Origin: the human T2T-CHM13v2.0 reference genome, Homo sapiens
Length of the DNA: 64,000 nucleotides
Reading direction: 5' to 3' (one strand)
NCBI RefSeq assembly: GCF_009914755.1
Contig: NC_060926.1
The stretch's first letter is position 1. Every line of letters begins with the position of its first letter. Under the pieces are notes generated by a model, which was not told where the DNA came from, did no database searches, and worked only from the letters and a program-made list of their open reading frames with translations. Below are positions 59,450-64,000 of the stretch, piece by piece. The position numbers and the translations under genes were made by a program.

Positions 59450-61100
59450 AAGAATTCTTATTGAGTACCTACTTTGTGTGAGGAACTGTTCAAGGTGCTG
59501 TATACAAAGACTCTGCTCTTATGCAGCTTACATTCTGCTGGTGGTGGTAGTAGTGGTGAAGATATTAAATAAACAAATAATGGCATATCTGAAAGCGATA
59601 AAGTCTAAAAAGATATAAATGAAGCAGAATGAGATGAATAGCTGGTTAGGGTCAATGATAAGTTACATCTAGAGATTCAGGAAGTGAGGGAGGGAGCCAA
59701 GAGGGTAACTTGGAGGAGCTGTCCAGGCAGGAAAATAACAGGGTTAAAGGCCTTGTGTACTCACCATGCTCAAGAAGCAGCGAGACTAGAGTAGCAAGAA
59801 GAGAATGTAAAAGAGGGAGAATAATGGATGAAATGAGAGATGTAGTGAGAGCTAGATAATGTAAGACCTTGTAGAACATTATAAGGTCTTTGGCTTTTAC
59901 CCTGAGTGAGCAGAAAATGCACTGAGGGTTTTGATCAGGGGAGTGAGATAATCTGATTTAATTTTAAAAGGATAATTGTGGCTGTGTTGTGGAGGATGGA
60001 CTGTAAGACAGATGATGATAGAAGTAGGAAGATGAATCTAAAGGCTGTTGCTATAATCCAACTGAGTTATGGTAGCTTGAGAACCAGAGTGCTGGTAGTA
60101 GAGGAAGATGCAGAATGGTCAAAACTTGCACCTATTCTGCAGCTAGAGTTGAAGGATTTGTTAATAGATTGGAAGTGAGGAGTGAGAGAAATTGATGAAT
60201 CAGGAATTATTTCAAGGTTTTTCACTAAGAGGAGAAAAACTATATGAAGAGGAGGCTTTGGAAGGGCAAACTGGCATTTCATTTTTGGATATCTCATGCT
60301 TGAGATAACTATGAAACATCCAAAAGAAGAGGTTGACCAGACACTCTGTTGTATGAGTCTGGAGTTCAGGGAGATAGCTAGGCTACAGAATTAATTTGAG
60401 AGTTGTCAGCATATAAATGGTACCTGAAGTTATGAGACTGAATGGGATCCCCTAGGAAGTGAGTGAAGAGAAAACCAGATAGTTGAAGTTAGGAAAACAA
60501 AAGAACTTTCAGGAGACAGGAGGACAACCAGGAAAGCATAGGGATCTGAAGACAGTACTTCAAGGAGAAGGGAGTGATCAATTTTGTCAAATGCAACTGA
60601 CAGGTCAATTAAGTTTAGGTCTGAGAATTCAATTAAAAAATGGGAGTACATTATTGCTTTGATCAGAGCAGTTTTGATGGAGTGGTGGGCATAAAACCCT
60701 AGCAGATTCAAAAAGAGGAATTGAAGACAATAAGTAGAGATGTTTTCAAGGAGTGTTACTGTAAGGGAGAGCAGAGAATAGGGGTAAGAGATAGAGGGGA
60801 AAGTGGAATTAAGGTTTCTTAAAACATGGGTGATATTACAAGTATGTATATTGATGGAAATGATTGAATAGAGGGACAAGTAACAATTCCTTGGAGGGAT
60901 GAGGGGGACAGAATTCCAGAAGTTATGTTCTTGAGAAAGCAGAAGATGGACAAGTGAACTGGGTGGTCACAGTCAGCTATTCCATAGTAACTGGAGGAAA
61001 TGCAGACCGTATGGGTAGAGATGCATGTAGGTGGGTAGAGAGGTGGAGAGAGCTTATGGCGGCTCTTCTAGTTTCTTCTCTCAGTAAAATAGGAAGCAAG
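59450..61100 (-). mobile_element. L2 LINE with reverse-transcriptase remnant
   Basis: ORF 60430..60879 has KTALIKA...LIDLSVAFDKIDHSLLL, the L2/CR1 RT motif; L2 3' end near 59450. Confidence 0.8.
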
Positions 61101-61519
61101 ACATTTTTGCTTGCAGAGAAAACAGTTCTCAGGGAAAGGCTATATTTTAGTTAAAGTAAGATGAAATGAACTTAAGAAATTGAGAGTGCACTTTTATTTC
61201 TTCTCTCTATCTTTAACTATTCAGGGCATTTTCCTTTAAGAGATTAACAGTTGTCTATTCTGCCATAAACTAATTTAAGAATATTGCTGCCCATCATGAC
61301 TACATTAACTGGAGATGAAATACTTATAATTTCTATTTTCCTTATGAAGCATATTTTTGGTAATAATTTTATTAGAATGCTCGAATGAAGTATAATCTAA
61401 GATATATTGGACCAATTAATCTAGAAGAATGATGGAAGAACAAGATCTTTTTTTGTGGTTAGTCATATGTTCTGAACATAATTATCTGATCAAAGAAACA
61501 GTATTAAGGCAGGAATAGT

Positions 61520-63278
<1,759 letters not shown>

Positions 63279-63399
63279 AAGACAGGAATAGTAGGAGATC
63301 CTACTGAAAATACTTGCCTCACTTAAAAGTAAATCAGTTTTTCTTTCACACCAAATGAGGATGAATATTTAGAGTTTCATGGATTGACTTTCAAATGAG

Positions 63400-64000
63400 A
63401 CATGTGAAGAACGATGACTTCTTTTAGATTTTAACAACCCAGTTTGATAAACACAACTTGAATGGACCTCGAGCAAATTATTCTGAATGCAAAAAAAGCC
63501 AATCATGAATGATTGTTTTTATGAAATTCTTTTTTTAACATTTAAATTTTTATTGCTGTATAACATGCATACAAGAAATGCATGTGCAAGGCATTCATGT
63601 AAAGGTAAATGAATTATGATATTCTTGAAATAACACAATTATAGAGATAGAGAACAAATTAAGGGTTAGGGATTTGGGAGGAAGGGTGTGGCTGTAAAAA
63701 GGTAACAAGAGGGAGCCTTGGGGTTATGCAATATTTCTGTATCTTCATTTTGGTGGCAATTGCATGAAGCTACACATGTGATAAAATTTCATAGGACTAC
63801 AAACATATACGCACATGTACAAATGAATGTATGTGTAACTAGTGACATCTGAATAGGCTCTGTGGATTAATACTGATGTCAAATTCCTGCTTTTGTTATT
63901 GTACAATAATTATGCAAGACGTCCATATTGGGGGAGGAAGGATGAAAGATTCATGGGACTTCCTATATGTTTTCTTTTAACTTGTGAATTTACAAAAATA
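63400..64000 (+). mobile_element. Old L1 (L1MC/ME-type) 3' UTR relic
   Basis: ttctgtatcttcattttggtgg...ctacacatgtgataaaattt motifs. Confidence 0.7.

Overview
Human (or very close hominid) genomic DNA. The left half holds the 5' two-thirds of ACADL (mitochondrial long-chain acyl-CoA dehydrogenase, LCAD) on the minus strand: CpG-island promoter and exon 1 at about 29.4-30.3 kb, exons 2-8 complete, and the first 18 nt of exon 9 at the left edge. The spliced frame is open (codons 1-334) with GT-AG introns. The right half (30.3-64 kb) is gene-free upstream DNA made mostly of Alu, L1, L2, MIR, LTR/ERV and DNA-transposon relics. I found no new gene or clearly novel system. Most interesting: (1) this copy differs from the human LCAD sequence as I recall it at two codons, Gln333 (known K333Q allele) and Tyr166 (recalled as Cys), apparently in cis; (2) close inverted Alu pairs bracket exons 5 and 6; (3) several templated-insertion or repair scars, one in the proximal promoter; (4) a same-orientation MER11 solo LTR upstream; (5) a twin-primed 5'-inverted L1PA with a templated junction. 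Repeat subfamily names come from recalled consensus sequences and repeat boundaries are approximate.
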